From Anaerovoracaceae bacterium (GTDB lineage Bacteria; Bacillota; Clostridia; Peptostreptococcales; Anaerovoracaceae): a DNA stretch of 32,000 nt. Shown piece after piece: positions 1-7,783 of the stretch (position 1 is its first letter; each line of letters begins with the position of its first letter). Both the position numbers and the translations under genes were made by a program. Under the pieces are notes generated by a model, which was given only the letters and a program-made list of their open reading frames with translations, was not told the origin of the DNA and ran no database searches. The stretch is taken from the NCBI GenBank assembly GCA_963676445.1, contig OY781100.1, positions 1,300,104-1,332,103 of the forward strand, in the 5' to 3' direction.

Positions 1-49
1 ACTAACGTGCATAGAAGTGTATATAAATTTGATGATATAAGGAGCAGTT

Positions 50-346
50 ATGATGGCTATTACATTTAATCAAATTGGCAGCAAGTCGGACCTTCAGAAT
101 GCCAAACGATATGTGAATGCTTATCTGCGGTTATTCAACGAACCAGGAAACCTGAAATTTCTGTCATTTACCGGAATCCCTTTTAAGAGGGAGACCGTGG
201 AAGTATGGCTTCGCGACGCGGACGCTTCCGAAACCGAATATCATACCGCCATCGGCAAGAACGGTAAAATATGTGCGTTTTTACCTATAAATGACCCATG
301 CATGTGCGTTGGATCCCTTTTCGAACATAGTGGTAGATACAGCTGA
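50..346 (+). CDS. Hypothetical protein, possibly the 5' part of a host gene truncated at the element boundary
   Basis: ATG at 50 preceded by AAGGAG with a 5-nt spacer. The ORF runs 66 nt into the 3' end of the convergent gene 281..2917, so its last ~22 codons look like read-through into foreign DNA. No family recognised with confidence. Confidence 0.3.
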   Translation: MMAITFNQIGSKSDLQNAKRYVNAYLRLFNEPGNLKFLSFTGIPFKRETVEVWLRDADASETEYHTAIGKNGKICAFLPINDPCMCVGSLFEHSGRYS

Positions 347-2917
347 TTTGTTTGCAGTAACACGTGCATACGCTGCGTTATAGGGCGCAAGAGCTTTGAA
401 TGGGGAACTACCTTCTCTGCCGCTACCACTAATGAAAGTTTGTGTGCTATCATAATAAGCTACGAATCCCCAGACCTGCCCGCTCAAGCTATACATGTGA
501 TTTCCAGTCACCGCTATAAACTTAGAGCTTACATAATCCGAATCAGAAACTTCTGCACCGTTCGAAGTATCAATTCTGATATCAGCTTCTGTGTCAGCAG
601 AATTGAATAAGTTAACTACCGGAGGAGTCACTCCGGTATATGCGACAAAGGGATGTGCCACGTTACCTGTTTCTAACATAGTTGTAGTTGTCGTAGCCGT
701 CTGTACAGATGTACGAACATAAGCTGTATTTGATGGAGCAGTAGCTGTTAAAGGAGAATTTCCTTCAGCACCCGCAAGGTATTGAAAAGCTCCATCAAAG
801 AAGATCAGCCTACTCCATCCTCCGCCACTTACGATATAGTCTCCGGGCGTAGCTGCAATATAATCCGAACTATAATAGCCGTACTCTTCTTGCGCCCTGC
901 CATTATCGTTTCGAACAAAGTATCCAGATTCTGCCGTATTTGCATTAAATATATTTTCATACTCAGGCTCCTCTGGCTCTTCTCCAGTTCCACCATAGGG
1001 CTCGTATTCGGTCGCTTCACTGCCATGTTCCATCATTATTGTTTTAAGAAATTCTTTTTGGAAAGACACACGTGCTATACGAGCATAGTCGTTTGGAGCT
1101 TGCATAGTAAGCGGGCTGTCTCCTTCCACTCCATCCAAGAAGTTGTAATCCTTATCATAGTACGCTATTCTGGCATAGCCGCCTCCACTAACAGTGTAGT
1201 CGTTTCCCTCTATGACGGGCATGTGTGCTGAAGTGTAGTATCCCCCATCAGCAGTTTCTGCTCCAGTTTCTGTATTGACCCATATATTGGCCTTGACCAA
1301 TTTAGGATTCAGCATGTTTTTATGCAAATAGGAGTTTATGATGTTGTCCGTATAATAGAAGCGCTCGATTGCATATTGTTTAATCTGCTCCAAATGATCG
1401 GTGTCGTGGCTGGGTATATCCGGCCATGCCTCAAGATCTTTCTCGAATCTTTTATCACCAATGCTTCCCATGAACTCCTCAAATTCATTTATAATTCTTG
1501 ATGGATTTAAGGTTGTGTTTCTCAGCTCCATCCAGCGATCATAAATCTGCTGTGGATAATTAGCCCGCAGCCTTTCCCATAGCAATGAATTAGAACACAG
1601 GTACTCATCCATAAAGAGAAGCGCTGAAGAGTTGAACCCTTGTCCATCAAAAAACAATCCCCAGGTACTATCCATATCGTACATTGAAGGATACCACTTG
1701 GCTCCATCATACGTGATCATCAACAAGTTTTTGCCGAGACCATCATAGTGGCACATGGCAAGCGAAAAGAGATAATAATCTATGCAGGCTTCCAGATCAA
1801 AATGCTGACTAAATGTTGAAACAAAAGTTGCATCATTAGTATCGGTAACATGACTGATAGCCGCGTTAAAGCTCGCAAGTGTCTGCGGGTAGAGATCATC
1901 CGGAAATTCTAGTGACCAGTCAGTACCGTCTACTACAGCTGGTTCACTGAAGGCTCCTGCACCTGTGTGTGATTCTGCACATAAGATCGTATGGGTGGTT
2001 ATGTCGTCATCCAGATCAAACATCCAGCCATCCTTCGGAATATTCCAGGTGTATAAGCCTTGATACTCTCCATTTACATAGAGTTCAAATGGGTACCCAT
2101 CAATCGCACCGTAATTCGGAGAAGACATTATCAGCCGCGGGATATGCTCTCTGGAAGCTACCATCTCACCCCATAGCCTTGCGGAAACGATATTTCGCGC
2201 ATGAGAGTGGTCGATCCAGTTTGCCTTGAGACAGAATTTATTTTGCTTACCCCAATCATACATGTCCACCTTATACTTTTTATCAAGCGTTTCGTCTTCA
2301 TAGAGCTTTATCGTAAAGTTTTTCTTGGGATAAGCGATCGATGACGTACCTTGCCATTTGATTTTAAGTGCCCCCGAAAATGATCCGGTTCCGCTGACAT
2401 AAACAAAATCGGCAACCGCTTCCACTTCCTTTGTCGCAATTGAAATATCTCCCTCAAGATAGAGTTTTGGCAAGCTTTCTGAACTTTGCAATTCTCCGTC
2501 TGATTTTTGCATGATTTCTTCGTACATCCGGACGATTTCTTGATACTGATTTTCCGTTTCTGGTATTGCCGGGTCCGTTTCCACTCCGCCCCCGCTTCCA
2601 TATACCCGTACAACAGTGACATTTGTCGGGATATAGGCGCTGTCAGTACTTGAAAGCCAAACATACATCTCCATGTCTTTACGTGCTGCATGAGTCAATA
2701 CCTCATCTGGTACGTCACATATCCCGTTGCTGCCGACCGTCATAGGGACACTATGCATCGACCCTTCAATGATCTTTCCAAAATTCGCTGTTATGGTACC
2801 TGTGTATTCGTCCGGCAGCACAAAGCGGGCTTTGAGGTACCCCCGCGAGTTAGTTACCGGCTTTTCTGCATCTGTACGCTTTAACATCTGTCCTTTTACA
2901 CTAAATTCCAGTTGCAT
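281..2917 (-). CDS. CotH-like (atypical kinase fold) protein with phage-structural-type N-terminal module and three C-terminal beta-sandwich-like repeats
   Basis: 878-aa ORF with AAGGAG 7 nt upstream of ATG 2917. Residues ~195-525 carry CotH-family hallmarks as I recall them (KNFTIKLYED, ANWIDHSHARN, YVNGEYQGLYT, YDMDSTWG). The N-terminal ~110 aa (FSVKGQMLKRTD..VTNSRGYLKARFVLPDEYTG) resembles N-terminal modules of Firmicute phage minor structural/fibre proteins. Residues ~535-642, 655-762 and 768-878 are three homologous repeats (..Y.SGGG/SGQ..R(I/L)..(Y/F)D..F..G.EG.SP....AP.N.AY.R..). Confidence 0.7.
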   Translation of the reverse strand: MQLEFSVKGQMLKRTDAEKPVTNSRGYLKARFVLPDEYTGTITANFGKIIEGSMHSVPMTVGSNGICDVPDEVLTHAARKDMEMYVWLSSTDSAYIPTNVTVVRVYGSGGGVETDPAIPETENQYQEIVRMYEEIMQKSDGELQSSESLPKLYLEGDISIATKEVEAVADFVYVSGTGSFSGALKIKWQGTSSIAYPKKNFTIKLYEDETLDKKYKVDMYDWGKQNKFCLKANWIDHSHARNIVSARLWGEMVASREHIPRLIMSSPNYGAIDGYPFELYVNGEYQGLYTWNIPKDGWMFDLDDDITTHTILCAESHTGAGAFSEPAVVDGTDWSLEFPDDLYPQTLASFNAAISHVTDTNDATFVSTFSQHFDLEACIDYYLFSLAMCHYDGLGKNLLMITYDGAKWYPSMYDMDSTWGLFFDGQGFNSSALLFMDEYLCSNSLLWERLRANYPQQIYDRWMELRNTTLNPSRIINEFEEFMGSIGDKRFEKDLEAWPDIPSHDTDHLEQIKQYAIERFYYTDNIINSYLHKNMLNPKLVKANIWVNTETGAETADGGYYTSAHMPVIEGNDYTVSGGGYARIAYYDKDYNFLDGVEGDSPLTMQAPNDYARIARVSFQKEFLKTIMMEHGSEATEYEPYGGTGEEPEEPEYENIFNANTAESGYFVRNDNGRAQEEYGYYSSDYIAATPGDYIVSGGGWSRLIFFDGAFQYLAGAEGNSPLTATAPSNTAYVRTSVQTATTTTTMLETGNVAHPFVAYTGVTPPVVNLFNSADTEADIRIDTSNGAEVSDSDYVSSKFIAVTGNHMYSLSGQVWGFVAYYDSTQTFISGSGREGSSPFKALAPYNAAYARVTANKSAVSTTMFEKGSNAHAWVIYR

Positions 2918-3267
2918 ATTCTATCTCCTTCCTAAAAGTAAATTATGATGAGATTCGGGCTTACTCCAGAATCATCATCAGACTGGTGTAAATATAATCC
3001 TCCGGTAAATAGTCACTTTTACTTGACTTTTTTCCAGAATTGTTTTGCTTAATATAACGATTGTTATACGGCGTTTACAGATGTACGAAGTTCAACAAAA
3101 AATCATACATGAAGCCGTAAAATTATCCAGAAGTAAAGGCTATTTCAAAGGTACGCCTTGTTATGGTTTGTTCATGGTTTTCTGATTTATAAAGGAGAGA
3201 TTGTATATATTGCAGGTCTTTTCATCAGAAATTGTACCTTTGAACCATTCAATGAGCACATCGAGGT

Positions 3268-3609
3268 TTAGAAAGTTTTTATAACTGCCTTATATTCTAT
3301 AGATCCATAGAAATCAATTTGATAATTATTTTCTATTAAAAGTTTTAATAGAGTAGGGATCGCTTTGCTATAACGGAAATGCGCAGGATAGTGATTTGAA
3401 TACCATAGCCATGCATTTCCAACTAAACTAATCGCGCTATTTTCATTCTCAGGTATTGATTTTGGATAATGAATTGTGGGATTATATGCAAAATCCAGTC
3501 TTTCACCGGGAATACTTTTACTCTTGAGTATTTCAAGCATTTCAGGACAAATCGAAAATACCACTGTAAATCGTATTGGCCAACTCCCTCGGTATTCCAG
3601 CACACGCAC
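3268..3609 (-). CDS. Hypothetical protein (doubtful; may be non-coding or a gene remnant)
   Basis: 113-aa ORF with a GTG start and no convincing Shine-Dalgarno. It lies in an AT-rich spacer, with a TATAAT (minus strand) at 3637..3642. No family recognised. Confidence 0.3.
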   Translation of the reverse strand: MRVLEYRGSWPIRFTVVFSICPEMLEILKSKSIPGERLDFAYNPTIHYPKSIPENENSAISLVGNAWLWYSNHYPAHFRYSKAIPTLLKLLIENNYQIDFYGSIEYKAVIKTF

Positions 3610-3691
3610 TTGTAATGCGGTGAATTTCTAAAACCGATTATATGAAATTATGAATTCAATTGTTCCAGTGGGAAATGAAGACCTTACGCAG

Positions 3692-3721
3692 CAACCCCCG
3701 GTCAGCCGGGGGTTGTTTTAT
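3692..3721. terminator. Strong GC-rich hairpin, intrinsic-terminator-like (T-tract on the plus strand, A-tract on the other side)
   Basis: Perfect 10-bp stem CAACCCCCGG / CCGGGGGTTG (3692..3701 and 3706..3715) with loop TCAG, followed by TTTTAT on the plus strand. It lies about 30 nt downstream of the stop of the minus-strand gene 3744..3959, but the U-tract orientation fits plus-strand transcripts better. Confidence 0.6.
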
Positions 3722-3743
3722 GCCCATTAGAATTTCACTTGAT

Positions 3744-3959
3744 TTACTTATCATTCAATTTTTTGCACCGTTCCAAACGCTTTCCAAATATAACACCAAG
3801 ATTAAACGCTTTTAATATGACATCAAACAAGCCTGATTGCGGAAATTCCTGGGCTATTAGAATTAATTCGTCGTTAGCTTCCAAGGGATATTTTTGCAGT
3901 TCTAAAATTCTTACAAGTGATTCTTTATTTGTTATAGATAGTACAGAGTTCTTACTCAT
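3744..3959 (-). CDS. Small hypothetical protein (71 aa)
   Basis: Strong RBS (AAGGGGGGG, about 6-nt spacer) before ATG 3959, followed by the hairpin at 3692..3721. No family recognised. Confidence 0.6.
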   Translation of the reverse strand: MSKNSVLSITNKESLVRILELQKYPLEANDELILIAQEFPQSGLFDVILKAFNLGVIFGKRLERCKKLNDK

Positions 3960-4170
3960 ATTTAACCCCCCCTTAAATAAAAGCTCCCGGATCTTTATTG
4001 ATACGGTAATATAAATATCCTGCTACACAAGGGCTGTTTTTTTTGTAAAAAAATGTCGCATAATAAAAAATAATATAGAATAACATTGAATCTTAGGCGA
4101 ATCCGCATTTATATATCGAAATCCAGCTTACAATGCTTATATGTGACCTCTTTGCTTTAATACGACAATT

Positions 4171-4500
4171 TTACCCCTGCGGGGGTGTTGGTAAATTATT
4201 CAGTTTTTCAAGAAGCTCTTTAATTACACCGTTTCCTCCTAAATTGGTATATTGTTTAAACAGTTCCGCTACATTTTCCCTTTCGTAGATTGGCATTTGT
4301 CCTTTTTCCATATACTTATTATAAAGGTGGATGATTTCCGCTCTCAGTAGCGCCTGCACTCCCAGTTCGGTGGCGGCTTGCCTTGACTGCATTTTCTTGA
4401 ATTTAATAAATAACCTTGAAAAGATACTAAACAAAGCAGTCGCAGCAAGACCAAAGACCCATTCCAGCCAGTAACTCTGTATGTAAGACAATATTGGCAT
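4171..4500 (-). CDS. Membrane-anchored lysis-cassette protein (holin-accessory / holin-like), function uncertain
   Basis: 109 aa. N-terminal hydrophobic helix (WLEWVFGLAATALFSIFSRLFI), then a charged helical region ending ..YTNLGGNG..L..LP. It starts 4 nt after the holin stop. Topology and position are typical of accessory membrane proteins next to holins in Firmicute phages. Confidence 0.55.
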   Translation of the reverse strand: MPILSYIQSYWLEWVFGLAATALFSIFSRLFIKFKKMQSRQAATELGVQALLRAEIIHLYNKYMEKGQMPIYERENVAELFKQYTNLGGNGVIKELLEKLNNLPTPPQG

Positions 4501-4504
4501 AATT

Positions 4505-4717
4505 CTAATCCGAAATACCGGGAGTTGTCGGATTCACAACGATTCCAAGCCCAACAAGCAGATTTACCACCACGCCAATAACCTCACCCATTGTATCTTG
4601 TGATACAGGAGGTACAAACCCAAACATCCCAAGCATCTGATAAATAAACGCAACGACTGCAGTTGCAAAGCTTATAAGAAACGGCTTATTTTGTAATCTT
4701 GTCTTCCAGTCAATCAT
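4505..4717 (-). CDS. Small holin (phi-LC3 / Phage_holin_1-like)
   Basis: 70 aa with two hydrophobic segments (FLISFATAVVAFIYQMLGMFGF and VIGVVVNLLVGLGIVV). The N-terminal W..R..NK and C-terminal NPTTPGISD match my recollection of this holin family. RBS TAGGAGAAG. Directly downstream of the endolysin. Confidence 0.75.
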   Translation of the reverse strand: MIDWKTRLQNKPFLISFATAVVAFIYQMLGMFGFVPPVSQDTMGEVIGVVVNLLVGLGIVVNPTTPGISD

Positions 4718-4733
4718 ATCTCTTCTCCTATCT

Positions 4734-5477
4734 TTACTCTACTCCAAGCTTGTCCAACAGCTTCTTAATTACCCAAAACAAAGAGTTTTGCCCCGCTGTC
4801 AAGAGTTCCTTGTTATAAGACGACGTATCCTTTATGGGTATTGCTTCCAAAGTACGGCGATAAATATCTTTCTTTCCGTCAATTGGCTCTCTAACGGTAT
4901 AGTTACAAGCGAGTAATTTTTTAATTACCCACCAAACGGAACCATTATAGGCTTCGCTTAAGGCCGCAATCAGAGATTCCTTGTCATTGATGATTACAGC
5001 CGACGAGATCTCACCAGCCAGTTCCATTGCTTCTCTTACATGATTTGACTCCGGCTGTATATTTTCCAGATACGGTTGCGGATCAATGCTCACACCTCTC
5101 ACGATCAATTCAAAATGCAGATGTACCGCAACACTTAAAACCGATCTGTCAGAGGAGTTTCCCATTACCCCGAGAACGGCCGCAGCTTTCACCGGGGTAC
5201 CAACCGCCAGAGACGATCTGCGTTTCAGATGCTGATAAAGCGTTAGAAAGCCATCATGCTGTATTACGATCACCCACCCGCGGTATCTGTTCCAATAATT
5301 GCTTGTGACCTTACCTTTGGCTATCGCTAAAATTTTCGTTTCCGTCTTTGTCCAGTCCCTACCAAGATCGATGCCTTTATGATAGGTCGAGGCGCCTTTG
5401 ATTCCCGTATTTCTGGGGCCGAATTTCGAAGTGATCCGCAAAGGGCCGTCCACCGGCAAGCTGTTGAATTGGATCAT
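4734..5477 (-). CDS. M23/LytM-family peptidase endolysin with repeated C-terminal motif
   Basis: 247 aa. Carries the HxxxD (YHKGIDL) and HxH (VHLHFEL) zinc-site motifs of M23 peptidases in the first ~140 aa. The C-terminal ~100 aa contains two copies of an ..S(V/L)(W/F)WVIKKLL.. motif. RBS AGGGAGG, 6-nt spacer. Confidence 0.85.
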   Translation of the reverse strand: MIQFNSLPVDGPLRITSKFGPRNTGIKGASTYHKGIDLGRDWTKTETKILAIAKGKVTSNYWNRYRGWVIVIQHDGFLTLYQHLKRRSSLAVGTPVKAAAVLGVMGNSSDRSVLSVAVHLHFELIVRGVSIDPQPYLENIQPESNHVREAMELAGEISSAVIINDKESLIAALSEAYNGSVWWVIKKLLACNYTVREPIDGKKDIYRRTLEAIPIKDTSSYNKELLTAGQNSLFWVIKKLLDKLGVE

Positions 5478-5658
5478 GATATGCCTCCCTGATTGTGATT
5501 AAAGGGTATAAAAAAACAGCCTTGGTTGGCTGCGGTTCTATCTAAGCTTACACTTCATAGTATGTTTAGAAAAAGTGTTTTCAAGGTGAATACAATTACC
5601 CTTGAGTCTGATTAATTCTCTTATTATCATTGATTCCTATTTGAACTAATTTGACATC

Positions 5659-5763
5659 TTAATCAACACTAAGTTCAGTTTTGTACGGTTCTGGTACATT
5701 ATCAATCGTAATGCGCCCCATGTCCAACAAGAACTTGTATAATCTCAACAATCTTTCATCCAT
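5659..5763 (-). CDS. Unlisted 34-aa ORF, XkdX-position small tail-cluster protein (tentative)
   Basis: My own translation: ATG 5763 (3 nt after the stop of 5767..6078, with GGGGGTG upstream) gives MDERLLRLYKFLLDMGRITIDNVPEPYKTELSVD and stop TAA at 5661..5659. Its size and position after the fibre-assembly-like gene match the tiny XkdX-type genes of PBSX-like clusters. Similarity is not verifiable here. Confidence 0.4.
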   Translation of the reverse strand: MDERLLRLYKFLLDMGRITIDNVPEPYKTELSVD

Positions 5764-5766
5764 TTC

Positions 5767-6078
5767 TTACACCCCCAACTGCAAACTTGCAAGATCAGCG
5801 ACAAGCTGTTTCAGTTCTTCGATTTGCTGCTGTGGTGTTTTGGGTGCTTCTGTGCCGACTTCATACCATCCGCGATCAGCATCATATTCAAAGTCTCTTT
5901 CTTCTTCAATTACCCCCTCCGGTAGCGGATTTATTTCCTTATCTTCGAATACCGCTTCTTTAAGGATATTGCCTTCTTCGTCGTATTCAGCAGAATTAAT
6001 TTCAACTGGCTGTTTTTGAGAGTCCCATTCCCCAATATTGATAATCTCTCCATTCAAGATATAGCATTTCTTTATCAT
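5767..6078 (-). CDS. Small acidic tail-fibre-associated protein (assembly/chaperone-like)
   Basis: 103 aa from ATG 6078, which forms an ATGA overlap with the fibre stop. The ORF-track start at 6099 is also possible. C-terminal coiled segment QQQIEELKQLVADLASLQ. Positioned directly after a fibre gene. Confidence 0.55.
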   Translation of the reverse strand: MIKKCYILNGEIINIGEWDSQKQPVEINSAEYDEEGNILKEAVFEDKEINPLPEGVIEEERDFEYDADRGWYEVGTEAPKTPQQQIEELKQLVADLASLQLGV

Positions 6079-6902
6079 AATGAATTTACCGCCTTCCATC
6101 CTGTATTACCAGTTCCAGTTTGCTTAATATATTCCGTCGTATTCGTTCCACCATCGGTACGAAAATATGTCGTTCCAGGGAAGGCTGTTACGACGCCTTC
6201 CGGCGCGCCGGAACCATGAATTTTATCAATTCTCTTATATGTTGAATTGATTACATCATGCAATTGAAGTCTATAATCGTCATACATTCGAAGAACATAT
6301 ATTTCGGAATCATTTTTAACCAATTGCATAACTGCCGCGTTTCCACCACAACCATAACCCGCTTGATATATACTTCCAGAAAACAAACGCTTGGCGATAA
6401 ACGGAACATATACGGTTGTTGTATCAGATCCAATTACAAGCGAAGACGTTAAACTGCCGTTATCCATCGTTACCGATTCACGCCATGCAGTCCAGCCGCT
6501 TGAGGTTCCATTCGTATTTGTTCTAGTGAAAACACGAACGACAGATGTTATAGAAATAAACATTTGAGTTACAACCGTTTCAGCACTCCCTGTCGCTCCA
6601 TCCGTTGTACTTGCTACCCACGGAAATACCAAGAGACTCCCACCGCTGGTTATCGGTGCATTTGTAGTGCCGCTTGAAACGGAATAGAATCCCTCAGTCA
6701 AGATATTATTTAAGTCTCTGCCGTTCACACGTTCAGCATATAACATACTGCTGATTAAGTTGCTAGCTGTGTCAATCTCGTTCATGTGGCTCTTCAGTTC
6801 TTCATCTAGTATATCCCAGTTGGCATTTGTAACCGAAATATCCGGTGGACTATCCTCTAATTCCGATTTTATAAAGCCATAATTTATTGTTGTTGTCGCC
6901 AT
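6075..6902 (-). CDS. Tail fibre / receptor-binding protein with knob-like domain (cassette 2)
   Basis: 275 aa. The N-terminus (TINYGF....D....N.NWD.LD) is shared in pattern with the fibres at 9340..10398 and 22795..23829. DLNNILTEGFY...TNAP...GWTAW resembles pyocin-knob-type domains. The C-terminal G.P.G...A.PG..Y......Y.K.....GW motif is common at phage fibre tips. Confidence 0.7.
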   Translation of the reverse strand: MATTTINYGFIKSELEDSPPDISVTNANWDILDEELKSHMNEIDTASNLISSMLYAERVNGRDLNNILTEGFYSVSSGTTNAPITSGGSLLVFPWVASTTDGATGSAETVVTQMFISITSVVRVFTRTNTNGTSSGWTAWRESVTMDNGSLTSSLVIGSDTTTVYVPFIAKRLFSGSIYQAGYGCGGNAAVMQLVKNDSEIYVLRMYDDYRLQLHDVINSTYKRIDKIHGSGAPEGVVTAFPGTTYFRTDGGTNTTEYIKQTGTGNTGWKAVNSL

Positions 6903-6994
6903 ACCTCATCACTCTCCTTTAAATGATTTGTCAAGAAAAATTAAATCATAAAACTTCTTCAAATCTCACTATGTTCAAACTGACAAAACCTCTA

Positions 6995-7783
6995 TTAAAG
7001 CGCAATATAGTCATTGACAGCCTGCCAGTCATCCAAAGAAGCAACTACTGACCAATCGGTAAAATTGTCCCGAATATCCTGCCATGTTGCAAAATACTTG
7101 ATCACCCCTAATTTAATATGACTTGGAACAAGAGGTCCTAACGCCCTGGCAATATCGGTGTATCGGTAATTTTTCGTACTATCCGGGCTCAATACCTCCA
7201 CTCTTAAAAAACCATGTCCCAATTCAGGATTAAGCGATTCATCCGAACCAAAAAAAGTTATTATGCAATCACTACCGGAGATTGCATTAACAATGTTTTT
7301 AATCGTGGCTTCATTAATCTTACTCCCTTTCTGGTTGAGCGATACGAGATAGCTTTTTCTTTGTTCCAGGGTGCCCAGACCTTTCATGTTTAAAAATTTT
7401 TCAATTCTTATTATCGAATCATTTGAAGCGGAGACAATGAAATTATTCGATTTAATCTTCTCTACCTTGGAGTGCAAATCATCAATATTTGCATTTTCAA
7501 TATGAAAGATTTCCGCAAACTCTTTTGTCTCCGATATAAAATCCGGCACATAGGTTTTAAGTTCGGAAGTCTTTTCAGTTCTAATAATCATATCCAAATA
7601 AGTCTCATATAAGTCGCTAGAACTGTTTAGGATAGTGATTTCGCCGTCTTGACTCACAATCAGCGTCAATAAATAATTACCTGCCACACTTGGAGCCTCA
7701 TCAGGTCTAATCCATGTACCCTCTCCATTATTCTCCAAAGTGTAAGTTATTCCGTTTACGCTGTACTGAATGTAATCAATCAT
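6995..7783 (-). CDS. XkdU-like (DUF2313 / P2 gpI-like) baseplate protein with N-terminal extension (cassette 2)
   Basis: 262 aa with an ATGA overlap onto the upstream baseplate-J gene. The C-terminal half (..LGPLVPSHIKLGVIKY..TW..) parallels the KPAHL.Y.F.YT.W ends of the other two XkdU-like proteins in the window. The gene is markedly AT-rich (a sampled line is about 27% G+C). Confidence 0.6.
   Translation of the reverse strand: MIDYIQYSVNGITYTLENNGEGTWIRPDEAPSVAGNYLLTLIVSQDGEITILNSSSDLYETYLDMIIRTEKTSELKTYVPDFISETKEFAEIFHIENANIDDLHSKVEKIKSNNFIVSASNDSIIRIEKFLNMKGLGTLEQRKSYLVSLNQKGSKINEATIKNIVNAISGSDCIITFFGSDESLNPELGHGFLRVEVLSPDSTKNYRYTDIARALGPLVPSHIKLGVIKYFATWQDIRDNFTDWSVVASLDDWQAVNDYIAL

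Noticed and set aside
782-2948. Plus-strand and out-of-frame ORFs inside the CotH-like gene (782..1231, 1969..2229, 2690..2884, 2727..2948; minus-strand 829..1026, 1522..1710, 2308..2691)
   Set aside because: All are nested in or antisense to one continuous 878-aa ORF with recognisable domains. None has an RBS or recognisable motifs.
5511-5537. Hairpin plus T-run upstream of the endolysin, considered as an intrinsic terminator separating tail and lysis operons
   Set aside because: The stem is only 5 bp (CAGCC/GGCTG) with a 6-nt loop. It lies about 35 nt before the endolysin start, leaving no room for a promoter. It is kept only as a remark within the lysis-cassette finding.
6903-6994. Perfect TTGACA in the 92-nt gap before the cassette-2 fibre gene, considered as an internal promoter
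   Set aside because: The sequence 17 nt downstream (TGATGA) is a poor -10. A transcript starting there would lack the RBS (AAGGAGAG) of the fibre gene.
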